NCBI GenBank assembly: GCA_977018835.1
Contig: OZ361261.1
Coordinates: 682,001 to 746,000 of the forward strand
Length of the DNA: 64,000 nt
Direction of reading: 5' to 3'
Origin: Minutocellus sp. GHC0000111
Taxonomy: Eukaryota
The notes below the pieces were generated by a model, which had not been told where the DNA came from, did not search any database, and saw nothing but the letters and a program-made list of their open reading frames with translations. A program made the translations under genes and the position numbers. Shown in pieces: positions 12,230 to 24,293 of the stretch. How positions within the stretch are numbered: the stretch's first letter is position 1; every line of letters begins with the position of its first letter.

Positions 12230-13258
12230 TCACACCATGTGCATCGGCAAGTTTATTGTCAGTGAGGGCAGGGTGAGCAGTTGGTTGTTTACTCCCGTCC
12301 CATCCTCATATCCCAACTTATATGCATCTAATGCAATCTTGTCAGTAGATAATGCAATAGAGAATTCTATTGTCTTGTTATCATACAATCCGAGTTCTCT
12401 GCTTCTCCACCCTTTCGGGTAGGCACCACGACCCTCTCTTACTTGGCGATCGACTTCGATCATGCCTAGCACTGTGGTGACCGCGACCTCGCTACCCCAG
12501 CCAGGAACTTGTTTGAAGGGGAGGTAGACCCCTTTCTCTTTTCTTCTTGGTTCGGGCCTCTGACTACATGTGGGTGACTTGTAGTTCTTTATGTCTTGTG
12601 GTAGTGGTGCTTCTCCGTACGTCAAAAAGCACGCAAGCCTCCGATGTTCGTTCCTCACAACCTCTCGTTCAATCTGTCGTTCGGTTGGTTCGGTTGGAGG
12701 CAAGGGCTCCAAGATGGTAGGGGATGACAATTGAAGGTTGCTGAACGACGGGCATGAGCGGCTTGGGGTAAGAGCATACTGAGTATGAACTGACATTGGA
12801 CTTGTTACCATGCGCGTGGCGGAGGGAAGGTCGAATGAGCTCACGGGCTTTCTCCTCTCGCCGCTTGGCTTTGCGTCGGCGGTTGCTATGCTCATCTCTG
12901 AGAATGAATCATCTTCATCAGAATGAGATGAAACAGTAGCGGTACCGCGAAAGTCGGCACGCAATATGTCATGATGCAAGTACTTCCTTGCTTGGGCTTG
13001 TTCGGCGGCGAAGCCATCCTCTTCGTTGTACTCGCGTCGATATTTCAACACACGAGGAGATGTGAGGTCTGACGATGCCGGTGGGACCCCTTGGTTGTCC
13101 TCCTCGTCATCGTTGTCCTTGTTCTCTCGATACCGCGGATGTTCCGGCGTTTCGTTGGAAGTTTCCTTCTCATGGCGCGAGGGGCTGCTGAATGCAGTCG
13201 CCTCGGCGCGTTTCGGTGGACGCGGTGGACTGAAGATGTGTCCCTTTGGAGTATCCAT
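12230..13258 (-). CDS. Second ORF inside the transposon (342 aa from MDTPKG), unknown function
   Basis: Open frame wholly inside the TIRs and convergent on the transposase. S/P/acidic low-complexity N-half and a globular-looking C-terminal ~130 aa. Confidence 0.6.
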   Translation of the reverse strand: MDTPKGHIFSPPRPPKRAEATAFSSPSRHEKETSNETPEHPRYRENKDNDDEEDNQGVPPASSDLTSPRVLKYRREYNEEDGFAAEQAQARKYLHHDILRADFRGTATVSSHSDEDDSFSEMSIATADAKPSGERRKPVSSFDLPSATRMVTSPMSVHTQYALTPSRSCPSFSNLQLSSPTILEPLPPTEPTERQIEREVVRNEHRRLACFLTYGEAPLPQDIKNYKSPTCSQRPEPRRKEKGVYLPFKQVPGWGSEVAVTTVLGMIEVDRQVREGRGAYPKGWRSRELGLYDNKTIEFSIALSTDKIALDAYKLGYEDGTGVNNQLLTLPSLTINLPMHMV

Positions 13259-13832
13259 GAGTATGGAAGCTTCTTGAAGCGCCAGTCGGCAGAAGTTGCC
13301 CAGTCTATTTGTGGTAATTGCTTGGAGGTCGGTTGTTGACGGATGTGTTTTGATTTGCTTGCTTTGCCGCGTGTTTTTCAAGGTGCGCGCAAACCGCCGT
13401 GTCGGAAAGTTCAAAGACCCAAAAAACCGGGTCCCCGAAATTGCTGTCCCGGACCTCGTACCTAGGTACGTAAGCGCTGCAGCGCGCGAACCGAAAAATT
13501 TCGCTCTGACAAGGGACCTGTGCGCTGATTCCACTCTTTGATACAGCAGAATAGAACGGGTGCGCCGTTACTGACCAAACACCTATTCCCACTCACACGG
13601 AGCGCCGCTCATAGCGACAAGATTGCAACAACTTCATTAACATCGCAGCAGCGCCTTCCTTATTATTACTGATTTTTGGAGCAGCGTGGAGGATGAATCT
13701 CTTCTCTGTGCTTTGCTGCTGCTGATTTCTTAATTTTTGGCGACCTGAACTTCATCCTAATTGCCATCCGCTTCACGCTCAGCGTCCACGTTCCGTAGCT
13801 TCTCTGATTATCGATATGGCAACATCCCACCC

Positions 13833-15088
13833 ATGATGGAAGTGGAGAAGTCTCCTGACGCCCAGGGCGATCAAAAGCTGATCTCGACCCAGCAAAGGCT
13901 CCCCTCAACAGTCTTGGGGGCACCGTCTTCGATCACTTGCCATACTCAGATGCTCGCAGAGCACTTCAGACAGGCAAAGAGTTTTTGATGACAGTAGCTC
14001 CAAATGTTCAGACTCTGAACATAATGAAGCCAAACGAAATGGACATTATCGCTGCCCGCCGCTTCCCAAATGTCGAAAAGGTTAATATCTTATGTCTGTT
14101 TGACTGCGAAGACAACGGTCCGGACGCTCCGATGGCTACGACTCTTACTCTGAAGCCAAACGTTGTCAGTCGTATCGTTCCATTCCTTATTTCCGTCCCC
14201 AAACTGAAACAAGTTTCAATTGGGGGGTTTATATTTGGTTGTCCAGGGGGCGGTAGAGGCTTTCGCGAGTATAGACCAAATGTAGAAGGGTTAACAGACA
14301 GCAAAAATGAAGAAGCTATCATTGCCCTCATGCGTGCTTTCGCCGGAGCGTTTGCGACCCGAGCATTGAATCAAACCTTGATAATAAAAGGATTCGAATC
14401 ATTTCCCTGGATACTAGATGAGTACGATTCTGACATGGATTCTATCCGAAGAAAAGCGTTGCCAGTGTTTGAAGAAGTCTGCGCAACATTTCCCTTCTAC
14501 TATGTCCTACGATGCACTGTCTGTGCGCAGGTCCATGAACTATTCGATTTCGATGTATACTCTCACGTGCGCCGCCGTGATACGAATATGTCAGTCGGTG
14601 AATGGTGCTGTCGGGCATGGCAGTTCGCGTCCTTGATTAACAATGGTATAGTTCAAAATGGTGTCAACTCTGCAGAAAATAAAGAGGAAAGGAGAGAGAT
14701 AGAAGACATTTGTGCGAAAACCCAGAAGAGTATATCTCTGCATTATGAAGACTGGCTTTCGATGAGTGCTAAAGAATTCGACAGAATGGAAAAATTCATT
14801 CACAAGTACTTTCCAAAGCCAGGCGAATTTTTAACCCATGCTGACTTGATGTATTTCATCTTTGATGTTCGAGAGGTTGACTACCATGGAAGGTTGGAAA
14901 GGCGTTCAGATAATTATTGTTACCTTCTTGCATCGACCTTTGACCGACTCCCTTCCATGGGCATTCCAATCAGACGGAACGACCCTAGACTTGTCATTCT
15001 AGACGATAATAACTACCCGCTATTGCGCAATATAGCGCCTCCTGATGATGGTCGTCGGCGTGGTGGTGGTGGCAGGTCTACTAACTAG
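13833..15088 (+). pseudogene. Hypothetical protein with probable N-terminal F-box-like motif split by a frameshift near 13915-13921
   Basis: One frame gives MMEVEK...RLPSTVL and the next gives GTVFDHLPYSDARRAL. Joined at the G-run they read as LPxxVxxxVFxxL, followed by a 383-codon open frame. Confidence 0.5.
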
Positions 15089-15696
15089 TATGGAAATTGA
15101 TGAAGTATAAAGACATGGTCAGAGATTAAGCAAAGAAACCACGGGAAGCATCGAGGAAACCAAAACAAATACATGTACCTAGCTACGTAGGTACTGGTAG
15201 AAATGACAAATGCACGCAGCGCGAATGAGAACAGAGGCAAAAATAAGAAAAAGAAAAGAAATAGATCCTCTCGAGAGAATCAAGCAAAGAAACCAACACA
15301 AAACGGAACAAGCTACGTATGAAGAAACGACTAACGATACGACACAGACAGGTAGAGCTTGAATAGCAGGCTACTACCGGTATCTCTAGACTTTGCAGTA
15401 GAGTAGATGTAGAAATCAAACCACAGTATACAAAGATAAATGTTTGTAAAGTTCCTGAACCTTTGTTTTATCTTAACACCCTTGATGTACATCAATATTT
15501 TCTGTCTCTTGGCCGCGACGATCCATCGCGATAGTTTGGCATGTGTGCACACTTGGTACCGAAAGCCTTCATTCATACTGATACTCTTGATAAAGACACG
15601 ATTCTCCGGAACAGCTTCTTTCGCCGCCATTGCCCGACTGCTTAAAACATGGACTGACGACTTTACGATAAACGATTGTCAGTTGCTACGAGGTGC

Positions 15697-17483
15697 TCAA
15701 ACTCCGCACATCCTCTTGGCGACGAAGGCAAGTCCAGCGATGCACCAAAGGGTGAAGGAGATGGCACCGAGGGCAAGGGCAGCGGTGAGCTTCTGAGCAT
15801 CATTGTCGGTGTAAGTGGCGGGAGAGGCGAAGGTGGCAGTGTTGGCGGGGGCGGCAGCCTCACCAGAGATCTTGGCCTCGAGCTCGGCGATCTTGGCCAT
15901 GGCCTTCTCGAGATCGCTCTCTTGGCTGTAGCGCTGGTACTCGGCGTAGCTGCGGCGCTTGTGGCTAATGACATAAGTGCCCTGGCCCTCTCCGGGGATG
16001 GTGTCCTCCTCGACAGTCCACTCGGGAGCGGCGGGGTCGACCTGGAGCATCTCAATGCCCTCGAGGGCAATCTTGCGGACCGAGTTGGGGACACGGGTGA
16101 AGCCGAAGATGCTGCACTGCTCAATGGCCTTGGGATCGTAGAGGTTCTTGAGGAAGGCAACGAGGAGGGACTGCTGCTCGGGGGTTTCCATGAAGGAGAG
16201 GTCCTTGCGGGCGTAGATGTAGGACATGGCAACGATGGGCCAGGTGAATTCGCCGGGCTTGTTGAGAAGGTCGACGGATCCGAAGTCGGCGTCGGCGCTG
16301 TCGGGGATGGCAGCGGCGGCGGCGCCGATGCCGCCCTTCTCGGCGGCCCTGCGGCTGGAGAGGTAGGTGCCGTGGACGTTCTGGAGCTCGATCTCCTTGA
16401 GGCCCTCGGAATGGCCGTGGCCGGCATCGATGTAGCCGATGGCGCCGGGGATTTCCTTGAGGCACTTGGTCATGCCGCCAGAGCCCTCGCATTCCTCGGA
16501 TCCCTCGGGCCAGTCGATGGTCTTGCCAACGAGGGAGGAGGGCCACTCAGAGGGACAGGCGGTGTGGAGGTACTGCGAGGAGGCATAGAAAAGGGAGGAA
16601 GGGCATATTTGTACAAAGTGAGTAAGTGGGAGCAAATGCACTATGTATGTGCCAATCGTCAAATGAAAGTCCCCAGCCAATCTTGTCAAATGCAAATAAA
16701 AAAATGCGAACTGGCAAGTCACCAATTCATTTATTTCATGGCTGTACTTTTCCCGTCACTTTAGTGCCGAGCCAGATCGATACAATCGTGCCCAACTATG
16801 CATGTGCTCCGGATCTTTGTCACAACGCGAGGGGGGCATAACAGAAATCGCCAGCAAAATCAATGACAATCAAACAAAACAAATTACGTTGGGCTCTCGC
16901 TTACCTGAGTCACACTGGCGGTAGAGGACGATCCGTGAACACGGCGGGAGACGGTGATGGGGTAGTCGTCGTAGGGGAGGGCCTTCTTGAGGTTGGGGTT
17001 CATCTCGAGGACGCGGTCGTCGTCCCAGAACTTGATCTCGCGATTGAAGATCTGGGACAGGACGCAGCTGGTCAGGTTGAGGCCGGAGGGTCCGTCGGGG
17101 ACGCCGGGGATGTTGTGGAAGATGGAGATGGCACCGAGGACGAAGGGGAGGTGGACCATCTCCTTGCCAGCGTCGGTGAAGGCCTTGTAGTTGGAGGACG
17201 AGACGGGGATGTCGCCGGAGCCGAAGTCGTTGTGGGGGACGTAGGCGTTGGTTCCGGTGTTGTTGACGCCGAGGAACTCCTTCTGGCCGGTGGACGAGCC
17301 GACGGCACGGTACGTGAGGCGGACGGGCTCCTTTGTGCGATCCATGAACTGGTCCATCAACATCCAGATGCACTTGGAGGGGTTCGTGGTTCCGGAACCA
17401 TGGATGTCCAGAACCTCTCCGGCGGAGGAGATGGTGCTGCCACCGAGGACGGCGGCGAAGGCGGCGGCGATCAGGTACTTCAT
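15697..17483 (-). CDS. PstS-like phosphate-binding protein with signal peptide and C-terminal TM anchor, 2 exons, intact (~484 aa)
   Basis: IHGSGTT, TYRAVGSSTGQKEF, DFGSGDIP, RRVHGSSST, PGAIGYI, WPIVAMSYI match PstS/PBP-fold motifs. Phase-0 GT-AG intron 16904-16573. Strong GC3 codon bias. Confidence 0.85.
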
Positions 17484-17655
17484 TGTTGTTCCTATTCGGA
17501 TCTTTTTGTGAGGGTGCAGAGGCGGCAGAGCTCCGATTTCACTGGGTTATGAGCTTAAAACTTCCGTTCAAGGCACTCCTCCTTCTTATCATTTCACCAT
17601 AAAAGAGCCTAAACAAAAAATTAGGAGTAAAGAATTTCCGGGTTCTGCGCTGCTT

Positions 17656-17682
17656 CGACGCGACGCGACGCGACGCGCGACG
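17656..17682. repeat. (CGACG)n short tandem repeat in the divergent PstS-like/S1 intergenic region
   Basis: cgacg x4 followed by cgcgacg; also present in copy 2 near 44416. Confidence 0.8.
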
Positions 17683-17809
17683 GGCGGAGGCTGGACGGCC
17701 ATTTTTCCCCACCCATCCACCATTTCTCTCAATTCTTCTTCTCTACGTCGCTAGCTACGTAGTTGGATTAGATAAGATAGTCGATGCACACTGCTTGTAA
17801 ACACTGCTG

Positions 17810-19758
17810 ATGGGCCACGACACGATGATATCCTCAGGTAGAAATCAACTGCTTGCCTTCGGAGTTGCTTTGGCTACATTCCTGGCGATCGTTCACCCCG
17901 TTGCCTCCTTCGTCACTCCATCAACATCTCGACACATCTCACATGCGTCCCATCTCTCTGATGATCGTTACAGTCATCCCCTCGTCTTGTCCAGCGCAGC
18001 CACCCCCAACGCTGGCCAGCACATGGAATGCGCCGCCCTACTGCCTGCCCAGGCGGTTCAAGTGAAGCTGGGAGAAATGTCCCAGGCGCGCAAGGCGTGG
18101 AAGAAACGTCGTCGGTCGGGATCGCCTCTCCTCATTCCCGTGGAAATTCTCGGTCTGGACCGGACCAGCCTCGTCCGCAACAATGTCTTGGCCATTCTCC
18201 TCAAGTATGGCAACCCCATCACCAACAAGAGTGCCGGCGGATTGTCCGCGGACGAAAATTTGCCCCGAAATGGCGTTTGTCTGTCGGTTTCTAGGCTCTG
18301 CAAGCTGATGGAGAGAGACTATGGCACCAACCTTAACGACAATGCACATGTTCTTGGTTTTGACGGCGTTGGAGATATGCTCATTTCGCTATTTGGTGAT
18401 GATGATGGAGGTAGTGCTCAGGACACCAACACCAGCAAAAGCAACGCCTATGGCGTCAAGGTGATCAAGGGGCAAGATAATTTGCTATTGGTGTCCAAAC
18501 TGACAAAGAGACAGGCCAGAGAGGAGGTATCCAAGGTATGCCTCGCTCACGTTGACTCATTATCAGCCAATGATGAAACCACAGATGAAGCATCCTTTGC
18601 ATCTCATCTCGGAACAGCCAAGGTCCGCCAGGACCGAGGACCACCGCCAACATTTACTACGGTGCCTCTTGCAGCTGCTGTGCGAGTGAAGCAAGAGGAT
18701 GTCGAAGAGGGAAGAGTTCAATCGAATGATTTGGCAAACGCATTCGTATTTTCTTTCGAACAGCCTCAGTCTTCCGAAGACAACGAAGGGTCGTCTCCCC
18801 TCTTGACTCTTGCCCTTCATCCTCCACCGAGACGCGTTGCTAACAACAAACGCAATCAGCGTCGTCAGGAGACACCAACAAACGCAGAGGAAAATATTTC
18901 AAGAGAATTGAAGAGTCTCAAGGTCGGAGAGGGACCATTGACAGGAACCGTGGTTGCTGTATCACCTCGGGCTGGCGCCGCCTTCGTTGATGTCGGAGTA
19001 GGACGAGAGCGAAGCAAGAGACTTGGCGGAGGTACAACTCGTGTCTTGGGCATGTTGAGATTCGAAGATTTTCCACCCTCGTCTACCATGTCTGGTGCTA
19101 CTGTTGGTGATGAACAAGAGGAGGAAAGTATAACGATTGAAGACTTGGCAATTGAAGATTTTGAAGCTGAATGGGACGAGGCAAGTAAGATGTCTGTTGA
19201 AGATGACGTTCAGTATGATGGCGAGGCTTTTGATGAAGACGATGATTTTGCTGGTCTAAGCCCGGAAGAGCGTCTGAGAGAAATTGGAATAATGTTGGAC
19301 GAAGAAGAGGCATCGCCTGGGCCGGCACCGGGTGGCAGCAGTAGCCTCCGCCCGGGAGACTCTATCGAGGTATTTATCAAGGCCATCAGTCGCCAAAGCG
19401 GTAGATTTATGGTAACAGGCGATCCCTCTATCAAGGGCAAGAAGGCCAAGGATGTGAAGATGGAAAAGAATGCACAAAGAGGATGGATAAGCTCGCCAAA
19501 TCACTGGGAGGGGAGGATGGCCTTGCGGATTTGTTGTCTTCCGTTGGCCTGGAATTCACCGGAGTTGTGAAGGCAACGTCCAAATCGAATGCCGGTGCTT
19601 GCTACTATGTCCAGCCCGTGGATAGTGACCTGCCAGTAGGCATCGCCAACTGTGATGGGCAAGAAGGTGTCATGTCACTCTCACCGGGAGACGAGGTTCA
19701 GATACGTCTCGAGGGTGTCGACGAAACGAGGGGGCAAATTTCATTCACCGTGTTGTAA
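17810..19758 (+). pseudogene. S1 RNA-binding domain protein, probably plastid-targeted, with frameshift near 19470-19483
   Basis: Signal peptide then ASF. S1-like segments LKVGEGPLTGTVVAVS...AFVDVG, LRPGDSIEVFIKAI, and in the next frame VGLEFTGVVK...LSPGDEVQIRLEGVDETRGQISF. Confidence 0.7.
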
Positions 19759-19807
19759 ATTTAAAACCAGCGCTATCGTCTAAAAGTCTCAGTTATACTA
19801 GTGCTTT

Positions 19808-22800
19808 TTAATCTAGGGCCAAGCTGCTAATAGGATTCTGTTCTTGCGCAAAGGACTGAAGTCCTACCGCGACGCCAACCGCTCTAACAGGATCAGCCCC
19901 TCGTCCCTCCCCAGTTGAACTGCTGTCAGTAATGGACGAGGACGGACGAAGGGAGGGATCCCAAGATGCTCCAGCGTATCGCTGATTCCAAAATCCATCT
20001 GTATTTGTGAAGCGATCCGGCTGAATCCCTCGTACCGTAACACCGTTCACACCACCCCAACTAAGGCCAAGATTGTATACGTGGCTGTTGTTATTGACGT
20101 GGTTGACAATAAAGTCAATGGCAGCGTCGTCAATGGCGAACTCCTGACAGTACAAACCAATAGAAAGATCGAAATGGTCCCGATAGTCCTGAATTGTGCT
20201 CGGCGATCGTTGCCCACCAACGTTAGACAGAAGCTGATCTCTCTCGGCCTCAAACTCATCGTTATTGCCAAGACCGCCCCCATCGTTATCGACAGAGCCA
20301 CCACCTCCTCCTTGCTGTGGACGAATCCGAGCATATGGCTGCAAACAGTAATCTCTCTTGAACTTTTCGCAGTCAAAATAGAGGAATTCATACATGGAAT
20401 CTTTTGCCTGAACAGGACCAAGTAGATCGATATCTTTCTTGTGCCAAAGCAAACTACCTGCATTGAAAAATACTTTATCACCTCTCTTGAGAAGGCCCTT
20501 GTAGCATGCTTGCTGTACATCGCCAGCGGAGTGGAAGAAATAAATTTCATTACACGGCGAAGAGCAATAATTTGATATGTCTCGAATCTCGGAAATGGTA
20601 AAGGAGGCAATCCCTTCTACTCGTGCCCCGGCGTCTCGAAGTGCATCGACAACCAGGGCCCATACTCGGTGGGACACATGACGAGATTTGATATCAAGTA
20701 CAAGACCAAGTGGTGCGTTGCATCTGGTGATCTCCTTGAGAAGCGAAATGGATTCCACAATGGTAGTCTCGGGGACGCTGCTCATTGCAAGCGCGTTGAG
20801 AGACTTATGATTGGAGGCTGGTGCCGGTGTTGTCGAACGACTTGGCGTTCGGCGGTGCCGTTTTTTTCTTGGAGATGTTGATGGTGTCCTTCGCGGAATG
20901 CCACCCTTGTCCGAAGGTTTGCTCATGTCTCGACTCAGCTTTCGCCTCCTACGGAAGCTAGCATCGTTGCCACTTGCCATGGTGGAAGCATCGGCTGACG
21001 GACCAGTCTCAAGTGGTGGAACATCTGGAGCATCATTTTGAGAGAAAGAGTTGTACGTCGTTGGGCTCGATGGTGGGCTTCGACGCAATTCATTCTCATG
21101 GCTTCCGCACCCACTACTCTGTAAACTTCCCTTTCTATTCACCAAAGGTGGCGTTCGAGCAGTTCCATCAACGTTTGCTGGTGCAAGCAATGGCGTGTCC
21201 TCTACTTCTGCCGTAGTGACTTCGGCGGATGTCGGGTCATCCTCATCGCCAAACTCAGACTCAATGTCATCGACGGACAAATCATCTTCCGAGAATCCCG
21301 AAGTGACTTGGCTGTCGTACCCTCCATCGACGGCTGATTCTTGACCATCGGGATCATATCCCATGCCCAATCAAAGTGCTTCTGCATATACCGCAAGCCA
21401 CTGACGAGCATAGATACCACCTCCCAGTGTTCTCCTCGTTCTTCGAATGCGGCTAAAATTGTACTTCTTGGCATAGCCTGTCTGTTCGAGGATGAGCTGC
21501 GTCAAGTTACCATGAGCAATGAGCATACGTTCGACCAGAATGACTGTCCTTCTACGAATCTCAGCGTTATAATATTGGAGTGTTGCTTTTTCGGATGGGT
21601 CATCAAGAAACGCTTCGGCATGGCCGGTTCCGTGAGCCGTAATGTCGAAGTGATGATTGCCGCTCCGCGAAGAAACACATCGACTCAGGAACTTGTCCCT
21701 TTCTTCAAGTACGATCTCTACCCGCCGAACAAGATGCGGATCAAGAAACACATCCCACTCGAGTGTTGACACGCGACCACTGAATTCCATTTCGTGAGCT
21801 GTGCCGAAGGCTGCAACGACAGGGTTGTTTTCAGCCCAGTGAATTAGACGTGGTACTGGCGCAGTGAGAACACGACGACTTATCTCGACGTATACATCTG
21901 GCATAAGTGCTCGCAAAATATCGATCCAGAAAGGATTTGCCAACATGAATGGTGCAGCCCCAAAGAAACCGCCATGGGCATAGGGGATGGAGTTGATTTC
22001 GCCCGAACGGAACGGTATCTGATCTTGAGCGACGGACTGCATCGCAGCCGCTGCCATTGTGTGTGACTGCCAACGAGTGCCCGCCTGAATGCTGCTCGCA
22101 GCACTGTCTGCGGGTGTACTAGGCCCACTGCCAGCATAACCACCGATGACATCCAAATGACCACCTCTCGGCATGTTTGTGATGAACAATTGTTGTTCCC
22201 GAGCTCTCTCTTCTGTGGATTTCACAATATGTCCGGTCTGAGCCAGGACCTTGACGCGATGGTGATGCGATTCTGCCACGCCTCCATGTCGGTGCATCAA
22301 TCTCACTCTACTTCTATGCCTCCGATCAAATCTGTCTTTTGCTCTTTGCAACTTTTTGTTTAATTTTCGCATCAAATAACCCTCTCTTCGTTTCCCAAGG
22401 CCACCTCGAAGTCTGCCGAGAAACGTGCTTCGATCCGTCTCCTCAATCATCGTCCGCCGACGGCTGGCGTCAGATTTGTATGCTGCCGATCCGTAATCAT
22501 TTCGGAGCCAAACGCGCTTGCGTCGTCGGACCGTTCTGAATGCATTGATTGCAGAAAAAGTGGACATGATACCCCGCACCACCACAAAGAATTCAAACGA
22601 TATGCCAAAAATGGGTTCGTAATCGGGTGGTGTCCGACGATAGAAGGCACATCGGAGCATTCCGCCATCGCACCCCCCATCACCACCCTCGGCATCCGGC
22701 ACGCGTCTCAAGAGCAGCCACGTCAAGAACCAAAATGCTATGGAATATCCCCCGGCCGTGTAAAGTATGTGGCCCAAAATATCACTGAACAGGTGCGACC

Positions 22801-23587
22801 AACCAAAGACGTTTTCCTCCAGAGCCAGCCGGACGGGGAGAGGGACGAGATCGTCGTACGCATGTCCGTCAATCTCGTCTTCGAGAAAGTCAAATGCCTC
22901 CATGAGCGGATCCACCGAATCTTCCTCGTCTTCGTCGCCTTCATCGACCGTGGGGAAGAAGGTGATGCGACGGTAGGACGGTGAGGCGGCAAGGCCGGTC
23001 AAGGTCGGCCGTGCCTGTTGGTACAGGGCAGGAGAATTCCCGGCGCTCATTGTGCCGCCTACGTCCGACTCTGATTCGTCGTAGCTCAATGTACCCCCAA
23101 TCTTCATTGGCGACCCATCTCATGACGATAACCGGCGTCTGTGGCCAGGTGCTATCGGCGGCAGAGTAGATTCGTGGGGGGTTGCAATTGCGGAGGTCGA
23201 TTCTTCCTCCTCAACACTTCCGGACCTGGAACTCATTTCTATTTCAACCGGGACAGACCCGCCCGACCCAACACCAATACTTCTCACGCGGAACATCTTG
23301 GACCTTATGCTGGCCTCGTGGATGCCATCGGGATCCCGTTTGGCGACGATGGGCCTGGCCATGACCATGCTTGCCGAACCACCAGTAGTTGTTCTCGTGT
23401 CATGCGGAGTTGACGTGCTGATGATGTCGTTTTTCGGGCCAGAGTCGTAATCTGTCCGATTTCGCAGATGCGCGTTCTGGTCGGAACTTTCGGCCGAAGT
23501 CCCGCCGCTCCCGGTCACCTCTCCACGCTCGCAGGAGCTCATTATGGAGCTGCCTTGTTTGTGTTCGCTACCGCTTGCTTGGACCAT
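19808..23587 (-). pseudogene. Large membrane protein with possible C-terminal PLC/GDPD-like domain; two in-frame TGA (23120-23122, 21371-21373)
   Basis: ORFs 23587-23120, 23107-21371 and 21370-19808 are all in one frame. Hydrophobic segments near 22500-22800. GLVLDIKS motif only weakly suggests a phosphodiesterase barrel. Start uncertain. Confidence 0.6.
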
Positions 23588-24293
23588 TGCACGGTCGGGT
23601 CACACGCAACTTCATCGTTGCTTTTGAATGAGCGAATTTCGCGCACCTGAATGAGAAGTACATTTGCCTGATCCTGTGGACTATGTCCGTCCGTCCTGCA
23701 TGCTGGTCCCGATCCCTTGACTGTTGGTCGAGCTGAGACGGGTGCTGCCCCTTTCGATGCCGCGTCAGATCGATGGTGATGCAACACAAGTGGATTGATT
23801 GATGATGATGATGATGCCAAACCTTGGATCTATCTTCACCAATCATCACCATCATCGTCCGTTATGCTTCTGTAGAAACGGGACGTGGCATGTAGCAACT
23901 CGAAAATTTGCCTTGAAGAGCGCCTTGCGTTTACTTTTCGTCGTCGGCTGCGGTTGTTCTCTGGACCCTGAAGGAGAACGATACCGAGGATAGAAATAGC
24001 GTAAAACCACTCCCACCCACCCTTTAGGCCGTCTAGCTGTCAAGCTGACAGCTATTGGAATGGGTTGGGATGTGGTGCCCAGTGTAGGCATCCACCAACC
24101 TTTCCTATTTGTGACTTTACATGAGAATATATCTATGTGATCGATCGAGATGAAGATTGTGCAAGATGATCAGTTGAAATCCCCGAGTCCCGAAGGCAGC
24201 CTCCCGGAAAGGCTTGATCTAAGCGGCTTTAGCCGCTTTTGATTGATTGATCGAGCGGATCAGAATATTACTGTACTATCGATCGTTTGTATT

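Larger units (their letters stand above)
8499..13458 (+). mobile_element. Tc1/mariner (ITm) DNA transposon, 4,960 bp, copy 1
   Basis: Imperfect ~50 bp TIRs: left CGAGGTCGCGGACAGCAGTTTCAGGGACCCGGTTTTCGGGTCTTTG, right (revcomp) CGAGGTCCGGGACAGCAATTTCGGGGACCCGGTTTTTTGGGTCTTTG. TA on both sides (8497-8498, 13459-13460). Internal DDD transposase. Confidence 0.93.

Noticed and set aside
12230..13258. Transposon ORF2 as a Fanzor/TnpB-like RNA-guided nuclease
   Set aside because: No RuvC catalytic motifs or CxxC zinc finger visible, and no obvious structured RNA before the TIR.
13259..13534. N-terminal extension of the 434 aa ORF 12230-13534
   Set aside because: It starts at a non-ATG codon outside the element and crosses the right TIR; first ATG is 13258.
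15676..17552. Long + strand ORFs (362 and 229 aa) and a 254 aa alternate-frame ORF over the PstS-like gene
   Set aside because: Shadow ORFs expected from strong GC3 codon bias; they run into the intron and show no motifs.
24221..24238. Hairpin AAGCGGCT-TT-AGCCGCTT followed by Ts, resembling a bacterial terminator
   Set aside because: Eukaryotic context; a single 8 bp stem is expected by chance.
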